Positions 43,691 through 58,956 of a DNA stretch of 64,000 nt are shown piece by piece. Both the position numbers and the translations under genes were made by a program. Numbering within the stretch: position 1 is the stretch's first letter; the number at the start of each line of letters is the position of its first letter. The notes beneath the pieces are model-generated. The model did not search any database. It worked only from the letters and a program-made list of their open reading frames with translations, and was not told the origin of the DNA. The stretch comes from the human T2T-CHM13v2.0 reference genome, Homo sapiens: assembly GCF_009914755.1 (NCBI RefSeq), contig NC_060935.1. One strand, given 5' to 3'.

Positions 43691-44561
43691 TTTTTTTATT
43701 TTTATTATACTTTAAGTTCTAGGGTACATGTGCACAATGCACAGGTTTCTTACATATGTATACATGTGCCATGTTGGTGTGCTGCACCCATTAACTCGTC
43801 ATTTACATTAGGTATATCTCCTAATGCTATCCCTCCCCGCTCTCCCCACCCCAAGACAGGCCCCGGTGTGTGATGTTCCCCTTCCTGTGTCCAAGTGTTC
43901 TCATTGTTCAATTCCCACCTATGAGTGAGAACATGCGGTGTTTGGTTTTTTGTCCTTGCAATGGTTTGCTGAGAATGATGGTTTCCAGCTTCATCCATGT
44001 CCCTACAAAGGACATGAATGCATCCTTTTTTATGGCTGCATAGTATTTCATGGTGTATATGTGCCACATTTTCTTAATCCAGTCTATCACTGATGGACAT
44101 TTGGGTTGGTTCCAAGTCTTTGCTATTGTGAATAGTGCCACAGTAAACATACATGTACATGTGTCTTTATAGCAGCATGATTTATAATCCTTTGGGTATA
44201 TACCCAGTAATGGGATGGCTGGGTCAAATGGTATTTCTAGTTCTAGTTCCTTGAGGAAATTGCCACACTGTCTTCCACAATGGTTGAACTAGTTTACAGT
44301 CCCACCAACAGTGTAAAAATGTTCCTATTTCTCCACATCCTCTCCAGCACCTGTTGTTTCCTGACTTTTTAATGATCGCCATTCTAGCTGGTGTGAGATG
44401 GTATCTCATTGTGGTTTTGATTTGCATTTCTCTGATGGCCAGTGATGATGAGCATTTTTTCATGTGTCTGTTGGCTGCATAAATGTCTTCTTTTGAGAAG
44501 TGTCTGTTCATATCCTTCACCCACTTTTTGATGGGGTTGTTTTTTTCTTGTAAATCTGTTT
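43691..44561 (-). mobile_element. 5'-truncated primate L1PA (ORF2 C-terminus and 3' UTR)
   Basis: Translates to L1 ORF2p C-terminal sequence ([25 protein letters not shown]; KTWNQPKCP) with frameshifts; canonical 3' end cctagaacttaaagtataat. Confidence 0.95.
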
Positions 44562-47049
44562 GGACAATTCCAGTGAAGAGCTTACTTCCTCACCGGCTCA
44601 CCCATTCTATTATTGCACGGGTCTGTTTGTTAGAAGGTCCTTTCCTATATGGCACTGAAATACCACTCTTGAAACTTCCAACTATTGACCCAAATTTTGA
44701 CCTGTGATCTTCAAATTAAAATTTGAATCTCTCTTCCTTATGATAGCACGTTTTACAATTGAATTAATGCTACTGTGTGCTCCCTGGATATTCTCTTCTT
44801 CTAGCAAAAAATCCCAAATTCCTTCAGTCATTTTTTATCTGGCATTGCAAATTGGATAATGTCCAAAATAACCACACTCCTACATTTAGGACCTTCTGTG
44901 ATATGACTCCAACCTCCTATTATGACATCATCTCTCATCTTCTACTTTTGCCATGCACTCCAGACAAAAACTTGCCTTTTCTTGTCTTTGTTTACATCCT
45001 GTTCTCCTCCTGGGATACCCCTCTCATCTCTTCCTGCTAAAATCATTTCCATCAAAAGACAAGGGCTGATGATACATACCAAACTGTTACAGTAGTTACT
45101 TTGAGGGATGGAATGGGATGGGTGAAGGGGAATACTGATATCTTACTTTATATATTTTTTAAAAGGCAGTACAATTGTTGATGCTCTTATTTTTTATGCT
45201 GGTCAATGTATTTCCCAAATATAATAAAATTAACTTAAAAATCAACAACAAATACTAGCTCTCAGTTGCAATTCATTTCAAAAGCTGTAGGGCCCTGGAA
45301 GCCTTCTTTGATTCTTCCCTCTGGAGTGAATTTCCTTACTCTGACACCCAAAGCATCTGGGGAGTGACCTTCTTATTGCTGTCATCACGCTACACTTTCA
45401 TCGTAGGTATTGTGTGCAAGCCTTCCCTTTCTAGCAGGCTGCAAGCTCCTGGAGACCAGAGATCGTCTTACGTATTGCGGAAGCCCCTGCCTTATGTGCT
45501 GCATAGCAGGAGCTCCATACATTTTTGTTGAAAGAGTGAGTCAGTGAGTTCGCATTATAATTTTTTTATGCTCCTTCAAACATGCTCCTCTATATTTCTT
45601 TAAATTAAGGAGAGAGAGAATTGTGGGCACTCCAGCCTGTGATGAGCCATTCCCATAGATCACTCGGCCTCTCCGGAGGGACTAGACTTCTCTCCGCAGC
45701 CTCGTCTTCTTCAGTGCCTGGGTGTGTGAGTTCACCGAGACTCTCAGAAACCCTGAAGAGGGTGAAGGACTCTGGAAGTAGGGTTGGGGCAGTGGAGCGG
45801 AGATGGGCTGAGTCAGGGCCCAAGAAAGTGAACATGTCTCCATCACAGAAGAATATGGAACCCATGACACCTGAGAGTGAGCAGAGGGGAGAGGCGGGAT
45901 GCAGGGGGTGTGGAAGGCAGGGCCTGATGTCCAGCTCTGTGAGGCAGAACAAGCTGCACCCCAGATGTGAGGAGCTGGTCCCCACAAGTGTCGGAAAGTG
46001 CCAGTCCTGCTCCTATGGCGCTGCAGCCAATAGCAAGACCAGGATCTCTGTCTGCTGAATCTTGGGCTGTTCCCTGCCTGAGGTGGAAACACGTTCTCTG
46101 TCTCTGTCTCTCTTTCTTGCACACACACATCCCAACACACACACCACTCTACCCCACCACACATACCCCACACCCTTTTGCTTCCTCCTTCCCTGGCTGG
46201 GCAGGATGGAACCATCTCTCACAGCTCCTTGCAGCAAGAATAGACTAGGGCCAAAGGAGAACCACCCCCTCGATCCCCTGATTCTTGAAGATGTCCCCAG
46301 TTACAAGGACAAAAAGCATGAGTCCTTGATCATCACTTGTTTCCAAGTTTGTTACTTCATCACCACTGGCGTGTGGGCAGAAGATTAACTAACGTTGAGC
46401 TACAAATTGAACAAGGGAGGGACACCTTGCATATGGTCACAGGCAGATGTTATGTTTCCCATCTTTTTATTTTACATTTTAGACTCTGGGGGCACGTAAT
46501 GAAGTTGATCATACTCCTCATTTGATGGTGTGTTGTCATCATTGTTGATAATTTTCTGAATTCTTGTTTTCCCGAGTTCTTATTTTCCCCATCCCATTTC
46601 TGTTCTCCTTTCCCCACTAAAGGCTCTCACTCTTGATGATTTAATGTGTCTTTTAGATGGGGCTCTCTGGAATCAAGTTCTGAGATGGGAGTGACATGCA
46701 GATTTATTTGTGAGTGCCCTCAGGAGATACACTTGTACGGAAATAAGGAAGGTCAGATTGCACTGGAGGGGAAGGGGATCCCCCTGTGGTTGCAGCTGAG
46801 CTGGGCCCTTCATTGCTTTTGCACACTGAAGCAAAGGGGATCAGTGTTTTATATCTTGGAATCAGCCAGTGACCACTGGCCTTTCCCTAGGAGAAGCATA
46901 ACCTTAGGCGAAGCAGTTCCTTATGGCCGAGCAATTCCCCTTAGGGACACTGCCGTGCACCTCAGTACAAATATTCTCAGCAGCCAAGGACTCAGGTGGA
47001 TGGGCCTGAAGCAGGGCTGCGGGTCAGCACCACCTCATCCACTGTAATG

Positions 47050-48650
47050 TCCTTCTGATCCACCTTCTTTAAGTTTATTCTTGAGATACGTATACTGCTG
47101 CTTTGTGTCTTTAAAAAAATTCCGTAATTGGTATCATGCTATAAATTTATTCTCACTTCCCCTTCCTCCCAACTCTGATTTGGAGCCCTAGCCACGTTGC
47201 TGTACATGGATCTATCACATTCCTTCATACCACTGCACAGTGTTTCATCATTTCTGTTAACTGCAATTCACCCTTCCATTCCCCTGGTGAAGAGCACCCA
47301 CGTTGCCACCAATACTTTGCTACCACTATTGGCAAGGGATGAACTTTTTTGTGCTTATGTGCCAGTTTCTCTAGGGCATATAAACCCACCAAGAGACAAT
47401 GCTGGGTCATAGGCTATCTGCATTTCTCCTTCCACTACGTTCTACTACACGGTGCTCCTAAATAACTGCTCCGGCGTCCACCTTCATCAGCTGTTCCTGG
47501 TGAACATCTTTGCTAGCACTCGGCATTATCAGGCGTTCTAATGTTTACTAATTTGTTAGATGTAAAGTGGGATCTTATTTTTGTTTTGTGTTTTTCATAT
47601 TACTCATGAAATTAAGCATCACTTCAAATACTTATTAGGCTTTAAGACTTCCCTTTCTGTGAACTACCTACTCATTTACTTTGCCCGTTTTTCTATTGTT
47701 TCCTGTCCGTTTTTTTTTTTTTTTTTTCCTAATTTGTTGGGATTCCCTGAACAATTGCTAGTTGCAAATGTCTTCTTCCAGGCATTACCCATCTGTTAAC
47801 TCTGTCGATGGTGTACTTCACTGAACAGAAATCCTTAATTTGGGTGTAAAATTCATCCATTTTTCTCTTTATGGTTTTGCTTTTGGATCTTGTTTAAAAT
47901 ATCTTTTCCTGCTTCAAGGTCACAATATACTATCATATATTTTCTTCTGTTAGTTTATGGCTTTGCCTTTCATATTTAGGTATTGAATCCATATAAGGTT
48001 TATTTTCATATCCAGTAATAAGATAGATATTTGAACTTATTTCATCACTTATAAAATACTTCATCTTTTCACCCTTTGATTTATGATGCCAGATTCACCA
48101 TATGCCAGGTTTTCATGCACACCTAAGTCTATCTGGACTTGCACATTGTACCAGCCCGTTTATCTGTTCTGTGCCTACCACACTCTTTCAATAACTCTGT
48201 TCTTGTGATATTTCTTAGTGTCTGGTATAGTCTGATCCTTTCTTTTGCTCTTCTTTTTTTTTTTTCTTAAAAAAAAACTTAGCATTAGTTGACTTGTATT
48301 CTTCATCACCAATTTTTAAATGATTGTCAAATTCATCCCCCTCTACCCAGTCTACTGGGATTCTTATTGGAATGAATTAAATTTACATGCTATTTTGGGG
48401 GAATTGGCATTGTATAAAGCCATCCCTTTCATAATTATGAAAGATTCTTTCATTTATTCAGGTTTTCTTTTATGTCTGCTAATAGGGTTTAAAATCTTTC
48501 TCCATAAAAAGTTATATATATTATTTCTTAGACTACTTCTCATATGCTTTACAATTTTGTTGCTATTGTAAATGATATGCTATTTTAGATTGAATCTTTA
48601 ATTTGTCTTTACTTGTAAAAAAGGATTGTATTTCATTCTCTATTGGTAAG
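47050..48650 (-). mobile_element. Old L1M(E)-like fragment
   Basis: T-rich strand with gttgcaaatgtcttct, gaacagaaatccttaattt, catatttaggt..tgaatccat and tgttgctattgtaaatg L1 ORF2 motifs. Confidence 0.7.
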
Positions 48651-49492
48651 ATAGTTTGATATTTCATGCACTAGGCTGTAGAATACCAAAATAACCCAAT
48701 AGTTGAGCAGCCTCTTACCTTTTGATGTCAAAAAACCAACTACTCTGAAATTGCTGCTGCAGTCTGGGAATAACAAGTGTCTGAACTGCCTCCTAAGATG
48801 TCACTAATTTATGTTTCCATGCTATTTTTTCAAAACATGCTTACTTGGCACCAATGCACACCCCAGTCCTCTCCACTTCTGCTTCTGCTCCTTCAGAGAA
48901 CTCAGCCCCTGAAACATCTGATTGAATTGTGCCTGCCTGAGTTTTACTTAAGTGGGTCCAACCTTGGATGCAAAACTGGTGATTAGAAAGTTGGGCCAGG
49001 CCAGAGCAGGAAAAACTGACAAGTGTCTTCCCCATTAAGTGATATCATTTCTGTTTCATTTCTCAAACTAACTCAGAAGGGGGTCCTGGGAGGCAAGAGA
49101 ACAGAGGAAGCAGAGAGGGGGACTGGACAGAACAGAAAGGCCTATGACTAACACCTTCATGGAGCACGGATGGACAGACTGCCCAGCAGGGTCTCTGAGC
49201 TAAGCCAGGTACCAATGGGCTAAATACAGGTTCCTTCCTCTATCCTCTTCCTCCTTCTCCTCCCTGACGTCTTCTTAGGTTAACCATGATGGAGCTGACA
49301 GCTCTTTCATCTCAGTGAGTTCAAGCATGCAAATCCAAGAACAATCTGCCTCAAAGTAGACTGCTTACCCTTTATTATGATGTGATGGAAAAACACTTTT
49401 CTTAATGGTTTCTAAATGGTTAAACTTTTTGAAATAGTTATTCCACACCATTATCTTGTTTGATCTGGAGATAATGGGTGTGGAATAACTAG

Positions 49493-49800
<308 letters not shown>

Positions 49801-51479
49801 TATAATCCCTGTTTTCAAATTGACACTGAATAAGTCACAGCCTTGCCCATGTTACCTAGTGAATTATGTGAGGATTAGTCCCCTGGGCATTCGGACCTTC
49901 TGGCTGAGTTCTTCCAGCCTCCGATTGTTTCTCATATTTGATTAACGTTCACATCGTTTTTAAAAAAGGAAGAATATTTCCCCAGACATCTAATATTGAC
50001 CTACATTATTTATATCATAGTGTAACCCAAAAAGTACAAACCAAAAATAGGTATAACTTCCCAATGTTTGTAGCTCCATTATAACTAAGAATTAATTGAA
50101 TACTAACAAAATTCTAAAGCAAAAAATTTTTAAGGTAACCATATTAGTCCAATTTGAACCATTACGTTGTTTTCCTGAAATGAAAGCATTGCTGTGGATG
50201 GGCCTGTGGCCATGGCTGCTCTGTGGCAGGCTGTGCCTCCGTGGGCTCGCCATTCCTCCCTAGTCCAACTCCTGCAGAACCTTCGTTTCTCTAAAACACC
50301 GTGACACCGGTGGGCCTGCCCTTGCCACAGATACATCATTGAAGGGGTGAAGCTGCCTCTGTCTTTTGCCCTTTCAAAGTTCATTCCTTCCTAAGGAAAA
50401 GGCAATTAGCAATTCTTATTAAACCTGGCTTTCCTTCATGAACCATGGTGGAATTAACCCTTTGCATCATGGGACAGAATTAATCATTTCTAGATTTGGG
50501 ATCTTTTTTTAAAAAGTGATCAGATATTCCTCTTTGGGCAGGGGGTGTAAAGGGGGAAGATAAATACTGAAGAATTCAATTTTGCTGTGTGAAGGCCTCG
50601 TCTCTGACAAGTAGTTAATCTATTTGTTGATACTGTGAGAGGAGAGGCTCCAGCAGGGAGAAAATTAAAAAACGCTCAGCGCCAGTTGCTACTCTGATGA
50701 ATCTCATCCAATTATTTAACAGGACACTGCTTGCTGGGTGTACCTTTTTTTTATTGTTTTAATTTTATTTTGTTCTCTATTATGTGTCATATCATTATAA
50801 AAGTTTTCTGGATTAAGAAACCCTTTCAGTCTGCCCTTTTTCATTCGGCCACCATTGATTTTTTTTGCTTCTGTGTTCATAACTGAGTTTGAAATTAATG
50901 TAGGATTATTATTGATTTATGTATGTATTTATTTTCTTTCCTCTTGGAATGTAGCATCTTAGAGGCTGGATTCTGAATAGAATTTGAAAGAGCATCCGCT
51001 GCAGGAGGAGAGTTTTAGGTTAGGGAAGTATTGTTCAGAGTTGTCTGAATGGGGAAGGACTGGAGAACAGTGTTAGTTACACTCCTCAGAAGGACTGAGG
51101 CAAGCTGCTCTCCCCAGGGAGAACATTCTTATTGGTTTAGTTTAGGCCTCGCTAGCCTCCAAGACTCGCGTGGATGTAGAAAAAAGGCAGTTTTTCCTCT
51201 GGGGGAGTCGCTCTGATCTTGCCGGATTCTGGTTCACTCCTAAAGGCACTGGCAGAGATGAAGTTTTGGCCAAGCTCCCCCATGGCCCAGCGTGCCTGCA
51301 AACGACACTGCTCTCCTAACCCCAGCTACAGTTGGGACACACTGATCGGACCTGGGCATGGGTAAAGCTCCATGGTATGTTGTAAGTCACCAACCTCTGA
51401 GGTCTATAAGGGTTCCCTGGCCTCACCCAATTTGTGACATAAGCCTTGTGGTTATCACCCCAATCCCTTGGACCCAGGG

Positions 51480-51572
51480 ATAGGGATGCCAGACAAAATA
51501 CATGCTAGCCAGTCAAACTTGAATTTCAGATAAATGATGAATGATTTTCAAAATGTTAGCGTAGTGTATCCC
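51480..51572 (+). mobile_element. MER53-like DNA transposon fragment
   Basis: tagggatgccagacaaaataca...ccagtcaaacttgaatttcagataaa. Confidence 0.6.
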
Positions 51573-51760
51573 GAAGATCGCAAGAGACAGATGTATGGCT
51601 CTGTTCCTCTCCACCCTGCTCTTCACACACACTCAGAGTCAGAGGCTTGCCCCCTGCTCCATTTTCCCTTGAAGCCTCTAACCTTCAGCAACCTTGATTC
51701 CTTCTTCCTTCAGTCTCCTTGCCTCCAGCCGGGAAGCCAGACTCCCCCCTGCTCAGCACT

Positions 51761-51894
51761 GCTGCTGATGCTTACAGGTTAGGGGAAGGGTCCACGTGGA
51801 GGCCCTGGCCTCAGGCCCCCCGCTGCACCCCGCTGCTGATACTTACAGGTTAGGGGAAGGGTCCACGTGGAGGCCCTGGCCTCAGGCCCCCCGC
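51761..51894 (+). repeat. 71-bp tandem duplication (~1.9 copies)
   Basis: gctgctgat(g/a)cttacaggttaggggaagggtccacgtggaggccctggcctcaggccccccgc at 51761 and 51832. Confidence 0.95.
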
Positions 51895-53256
51895 CCCACT
51901 CCAGTTCTTGGCCCCAGCGCTGTTCTGTGTTTGAGGAGCCTGTGGGCCTTGGTCTCAGATCTTTCCACACTCCACCCCACCTTTACCCAGACAGCTGTCC
52001 CTTGGCCCGCCTGCTCACCTGCCATGTGGTCTGGAACAGGGAGGGTGTTCCTGGAGAAAAGCCTTTGTGGGCTCTCTGAAAAGCCCAGGGTCAGGCAGAG
52101 ACCCAGCATGGGTCCCAGTGCAGCCCCGCTGTGGTTCTGGAGAGGCTGTGTGGCCATTCTTTTGGCCGGTGGCCACTGCTTCTGGATTTCTTCATTCTCC
52201 TTCAGAGGGTCCCGTGAAGACCAAGGCATCGGCTGGTTTACCCTCACTGCTGCGTCCCTCCTTTCGCCCTCCTTCCCCACCACAGCTACCATCTCCCTTC
52301 CTCTATCCGGGACAGGATGTAGGGTTTCCATTCCCTTGAACACACAGGTCACTGGGGCGGAGGGGAAGTCACCAAATTTAATTTAACAAAATCTTCACAA
52401 CCCAACAGTTTCAGTGTAGTGTGTTCCTAAGGCGACAGAGGAACAGATAGAAGGGAGAAACGAGCGTGGGGAGAACCATTGTTATTTGGGAAAGAATTCA
52501 ACCAGTTTTCACTCCCTTCCCCCTCCCCCCTGCTTTGGGCAGAATTCAGCTAGTTATTTTCCAATCCGGTTGTGTGTATAGACACACCACAGCTTCTTTG
52601 ATCCCTGCCTTTCCTCCTAATAGACAAACTGCTGCCAAAGCTTCCAGCTTCTTTCTCCATGGTGACCAAGCCCCTCATTTCCATTTAATCTCAGCCTCCA
52701 CCTCCCCTGTACCCCACCCCCTCCTTCATGTGGAGCTGGTTATTTCCTTTCTCTTCTCTCATTTCTCTCCCCTTCCCCCAGCAGTTCACAATCCTCTTCA
52801 AAGTTTCAGGAGTAAATATCAATGTGTGATGGTTCCTTCCTTTCTCCCCGACCTGCCTCTTTCTACTCTCTACCCCTTTTCTCTGGTGGCTCCCAAATCT
52901 TTGCTCTTCTTGGCTCTTCAAACACATTCCTCTTAGTTCCCCCTCAAACTCCCTTTCCTGCTCCAGTCTCTGGCCTAAGAGATGTGAAGATGCAGAGGAG
53001 GGAGGCAGGAGGGACGGGCCTCCCACTTCCCTACTTCCTTTCAGCAGACCCCTGAAGAAAAGAGGCGGAAGGAGCTAGGAATGGGATGAGTTGGGTTCTT
53101 GCCAAGGGGCCCTCCCTCCCCTCCCTCCTCTGTCTCCGAGCTCTGCCTGCACTCGGGTTCACGCGGGAGAAGATGAATCTGCAGCACCAGCCCCTGCCAG
53201 TCTCCCACAGCCAGGGTGGCCAAGCCCTCAGGGCTCTGCAGGACAATCCTCGGCGT

Positions 53257-53280
53257 CTGCTGCTGCTGCTGCTGCTGCTG
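53257..53280 (+). repeat. (CTG)8 trinucleotide repeat
   Basis: Direct reading of the sequence. Confidence 0.95.
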
Positions 53281-54576
53281 GAACCTTCTCAGGGTGTCCT
53301 CTGCTGGCAGGCAGGCTTCGCACACAGGTGAACAGAACTCACCACCAGTGAGAAAGCTGGCCGTCTCACACCTTGGCTAGTTTGTGAAACCCAACTCATT
53401 CCACCAATGTTGCCTCATGGACTGGCTTTGGAAATTCCATTAATAGCTCCTCTCTGGCCTTGAAGCCTTGCTACCCTAATCCATCAATGACCATTTCACA
53501 ACCGGGGAATGACATCTGTCCATGTACTCACTTTTTATGGTCCGGTCCTTTACAGCCTACACACATTCTTCCTGAAGATCTCTTACTGGGTCCTCATGAT
53601 AATGAAATTCTAGCTGTGCAGAGGGAAACTGAAGCTTGCAGAAATTAAATATATTCACCAAATATCTGAACAAAGAAGTAATCGGTGGAGCCAGGGCAAG
53701 AACCCAACTCATCCCATTCCTAGTTCCTTCTGCCTCCTTTCTTCAGGGATCTGCTGGAAGGAAGTAGGGAAGTGGGAGGCCGCACACTCTGGCACAAGGC
53801 AAAGGGGTTAACAGGAGTGTGTTGACTTTTGTCCTTCTGCCAAGTCCCCTCACATCCAATTTACATTGTTATACAATGCTGATCTGTACCATTCTTGTTA
53901 ATGTTTCTTTATAGATGTTTTAGTTATGTCTGTCCCATATGTGCGTCTGACTTTTTTCGTAGAATCTGAGCTAGCTCCTTGCTGCACTACTACCCCGGGA
54001 GTCAGAACAGGTTTCCGCATGCAGCTCTTTGGTGAGAGTGACTTAGGGCCCCTCGAGGGACATGAGAAAACGATTTCGATACCGTGAACACTGGGGCAGG
54101 TAGAAACCCAACTTATCCCAGCTTTTCCATCTTCCTGCCAGGCCCCGGCCGGGCTTCCCAGCCTCCTCGTTAGCCTCTGTGAAAAATTAAAGCCCCAATA
54201 ATCAAATCAACCCTTGTAAATGCTCTAAAAGCCGCTCCAGAGCACCAAGGAGCCAGCAAACCCCAGACCCAAATCCATGTCAAATTTCATAGATATAATT
54301 TAAGCAGGGATCAAAACCCACACTAACCTAGTAACTAAGGCTGCTCAAAATGCACTTTATAGTCCATCTGCCTCTCTGCTTCAGGGAGTCTGTATTAAAT
54401 TTATTGCAAAGTAAAACAAATAAACCCAGGCAAAGGCAAGATGGAAATCTGCATACTGTCAGAGAATTAGCAGCCCTCTCGGGTTAGGAAGGCTGCCTCT
54501 CAATTTGCATCTCTAAGGAGTTGTGACTGGGCTGGGGGGCTGGGATGGTCGGGGCAGGACGGAGACTCGGAGCAGG

Positions 54577-54594
54577 CCTGCCCCCTGCTGGCTG
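54577..54594 (-). promoter_or_regulatory. Candidate CTCF site
   Basis: Minus strand reads CAGCCAGCAGGGGGCAGG. Confidence 0.6.
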
Positions 54595-55648
54595 ACTGTA
54601 GAACTACAACCCTCTGGCCGCGGTGGTGGGCTCTGCAGGGCTCGCCCCGCCAGCTTTTGAAAGACAATCTGCAGCTGAAATAAATGTTGAAAAGGTGTGG
54701 AATTGGAAGAGCACGTAGTAGAAAGAGGGAAGGGAAGGGCTCTGTGGGGAAGAGATCCTCATTTCTGAACATAAAGCTTGAGGAAGGAAGGCGGGAACTT
54801 GAAGTGGGTGGATATAGAGTTTCAGAGCTGTCTTTTCTGTTGTAGGAACAGGAGACTGCGGTGCATTTCTTGACTCCTCTTCCCCTTCTTTTCCTTCTCC
54901 CTTTCCCTTGCTCTCCATAATCACAAAACGCAGAAGACTGGAGTGCAGGCGGCAGGGGTCCTTGCATGGCACTGTTGGCTTTGCTGTGTGACCCTTGGAG
55001 AGAGCTGTGCCTGAGACCAGGGTGAGGCCTTGCTTGCAGGGTGGTGCTGGCGGGTTGGCGCCTGTGTGGCTGGAGACGGGGTGCTTCCTGAAATTCCGCT
55101 TCACCCCAGGCCTGGCCCTGCTCAGTCGGCTCACCTGTGGATAGAGAGGGCCTCTGAGGCTCCTTTCAGAGTGAATATCTGAATTTGATGACTCTGGTTG
55201 AAGAGCTCAGGCATCAGTCACAGACTTTCCAGGGAAGCTCCCAGGATCCCCGATACTCTCCTAGGATATTCCCATCATAACCTTCAGCACTGGCTCCAGT
55301 GGTACCCTCTCTAGATTGAGGCTCCCCCTGACTTCTTTAGTCAGAGATGGGCTGTCTTCCTTGTACTCCTTTTATAGGTAGGTAGATGGTAGGTAGATAG
55401 GTAGACAGATAGATGTAGATATATTGATATACTTATAATCACATTGTAATAATTTATTTATCAACCCCATCCCCTAGAATGCAAAGTCCTTGAGCTCCAT
55501 GGACAAGGGGAAGGAGTAAGGCCTGGTGAGTGTCATGGCCAGTCTCAGTGTCTACCCGCTCCCCAATTCCTGCTTTTCCCAGCCAGCACCTGAAACACAG
55601 TATGTGTCAAATGAACGAAAGAATGAATGAATAAAGAATAAAGTGGCA

Positions 55649-56021
<373 letters not shown>

Positions 56022-56299
56022 CTATTGTATCCCTTATTCTTTGATTACCCTCATGATAGTCCTAGCTTGTCTACCTCCTGAGTGGTCCTCAAACTCATCT
56101 GCTTCTCCTCCTTTCCCTCAAGAGGCAGCCCCGCTAAGTGTGAACAGCAGAGAACATGGGATCAGGAAGACCTCAGTTCTAGTCCTGGCACCCATGCTTC
56201 ACCTAGCCAGGGGAACCTAGCCAAGCCTCAGTTTCCATCTTTTTTTTTTTTTTTTGGACAGCACAGCGTAGTGGTTAAGAGCATGGACACCCAAGCTAG

Positions 56300-56644
<345 letters not shown>

Positions 56645-57456
56645 TAGCCAAGCGGCCCTGGACAAGTGACTATTTAATCTCTCTGTGCTTCAGTTTCCTC
56701 ATCCATAAACTAGAATTAATAGAATCTACTTCATAGTGTTGTCGTGAGGATTAAAAGAGCTAATACACATAAAGCCCCTAAAACAACACCTGGGACATGG
56801 TTAGTATTAACTAACGCAATAAACACTAGCAATTATTAATGAAAAGCAAAGGAATTTTATAGAACTGAAGGCAAGCACCAGAAGAGGCAGTCCCAGAAGA
56901 GGCTTTGAAAGGTAAGGAGGGAGCTTATGGATGAACAAGCGAAGCATTTCCACAAGGAACACACGCAGTGATGCTGAGGAATGATGCAGCCAATCAGGTG
57001 GCAGGGAAAAGCTCACGACTTCTTGGAACCTGCAGAGCCCAAGTTGGCATTTTTTCCAGCAGAATCAGAAGCATCAATGGGGTGAGTCCGAAGTGTCGAA
57101 AAGTGGAGCAGCTTGTTCTCTGGGATCTTCAGCGTGTTTGCTTATGAAATGTCAGCCACGCTGGCTCCCCCGACCTCCTCAGCCTCATTCCACCCCCTCT
57201 TCATCTCACCCTCCAGGCTCCATCCATAAAGAAACGTGTTCAGGTCCTCTGACAGAACTTGCTCCTCTTCCCTCAGGGTCTTCACACATGTGGGCGTCCT
57301 GCCCTGAGTACTCTCTCCTGTTTGCACCTGTTAATCCTCCCTTCAGGTCTATATTTGGATGGCAGGTTCTCTGGAAAACCTTCCATCCCCCTGTAGCCTG
57401 GGTGGGGCGGCCCTAATCTGCGCTCCCATAACACTGTGCCCTTCCCTGCTTACCCT

Positions 57457-58168
<712 letters not shown>

Positions 58169-58597
58169 CCCCATTAGAAGATAAATTCCACGAGGGTAGG
58201 GCCTTGTCTATGGCTATGTGTTCCCCAGCACTGAGGCCTCACCCTGTCTCCTCATGATTCTCTAATTTCTACAGAACCTGCTCATAGCAAGGGTGCAATA
58301 AATATCTGTTGGGTGAATGAATGAATGAGTCAATTACTTGTGATGACAGCAGGAGTTTGGGAAACATAAGAACTCATAATCTAGTTTTAGGTTGTCTTTT
58401 TACAGAAGAGGAAACTGAGGCATGAGGATCCTTGCTAGTTCGTGGCAGAATGAGAGTTGGCAGTCAGATTCTCTGTCTCCCCCGCTACTCTGAGTCCATG
58501 CTTTTTTCATCTGGACCAAGAGTTGTCAGATAGCTGTATAAAACTGCCGGTTAAAAAAAAATCCTTGTCCAGACTTTCCTTAGACAAAAAAGTCTTT

Positions 58598-58956
<359 letters not shown>

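Noticed and set aside
43750-44520. ORFs with reverse-transcriptase-element similarity
   Set aside because: Frameshifted C-terminal fragments of a truncated L1 ORF2; no RT or endonuclease domain.
45605-46388. Cluster of 93-177 aa ORFs on both strands
   Set aside because: No recognisable homology or convincing exon structure; partly simple repeat.
51796-55134. 150-196 aa ORFs and polyQ/polyL/polyA-containing ORFs
   Set aside because: Expected by chance in GC-rich DNA, often with non-ATG starts; the homopolymers come from (CTG)8.
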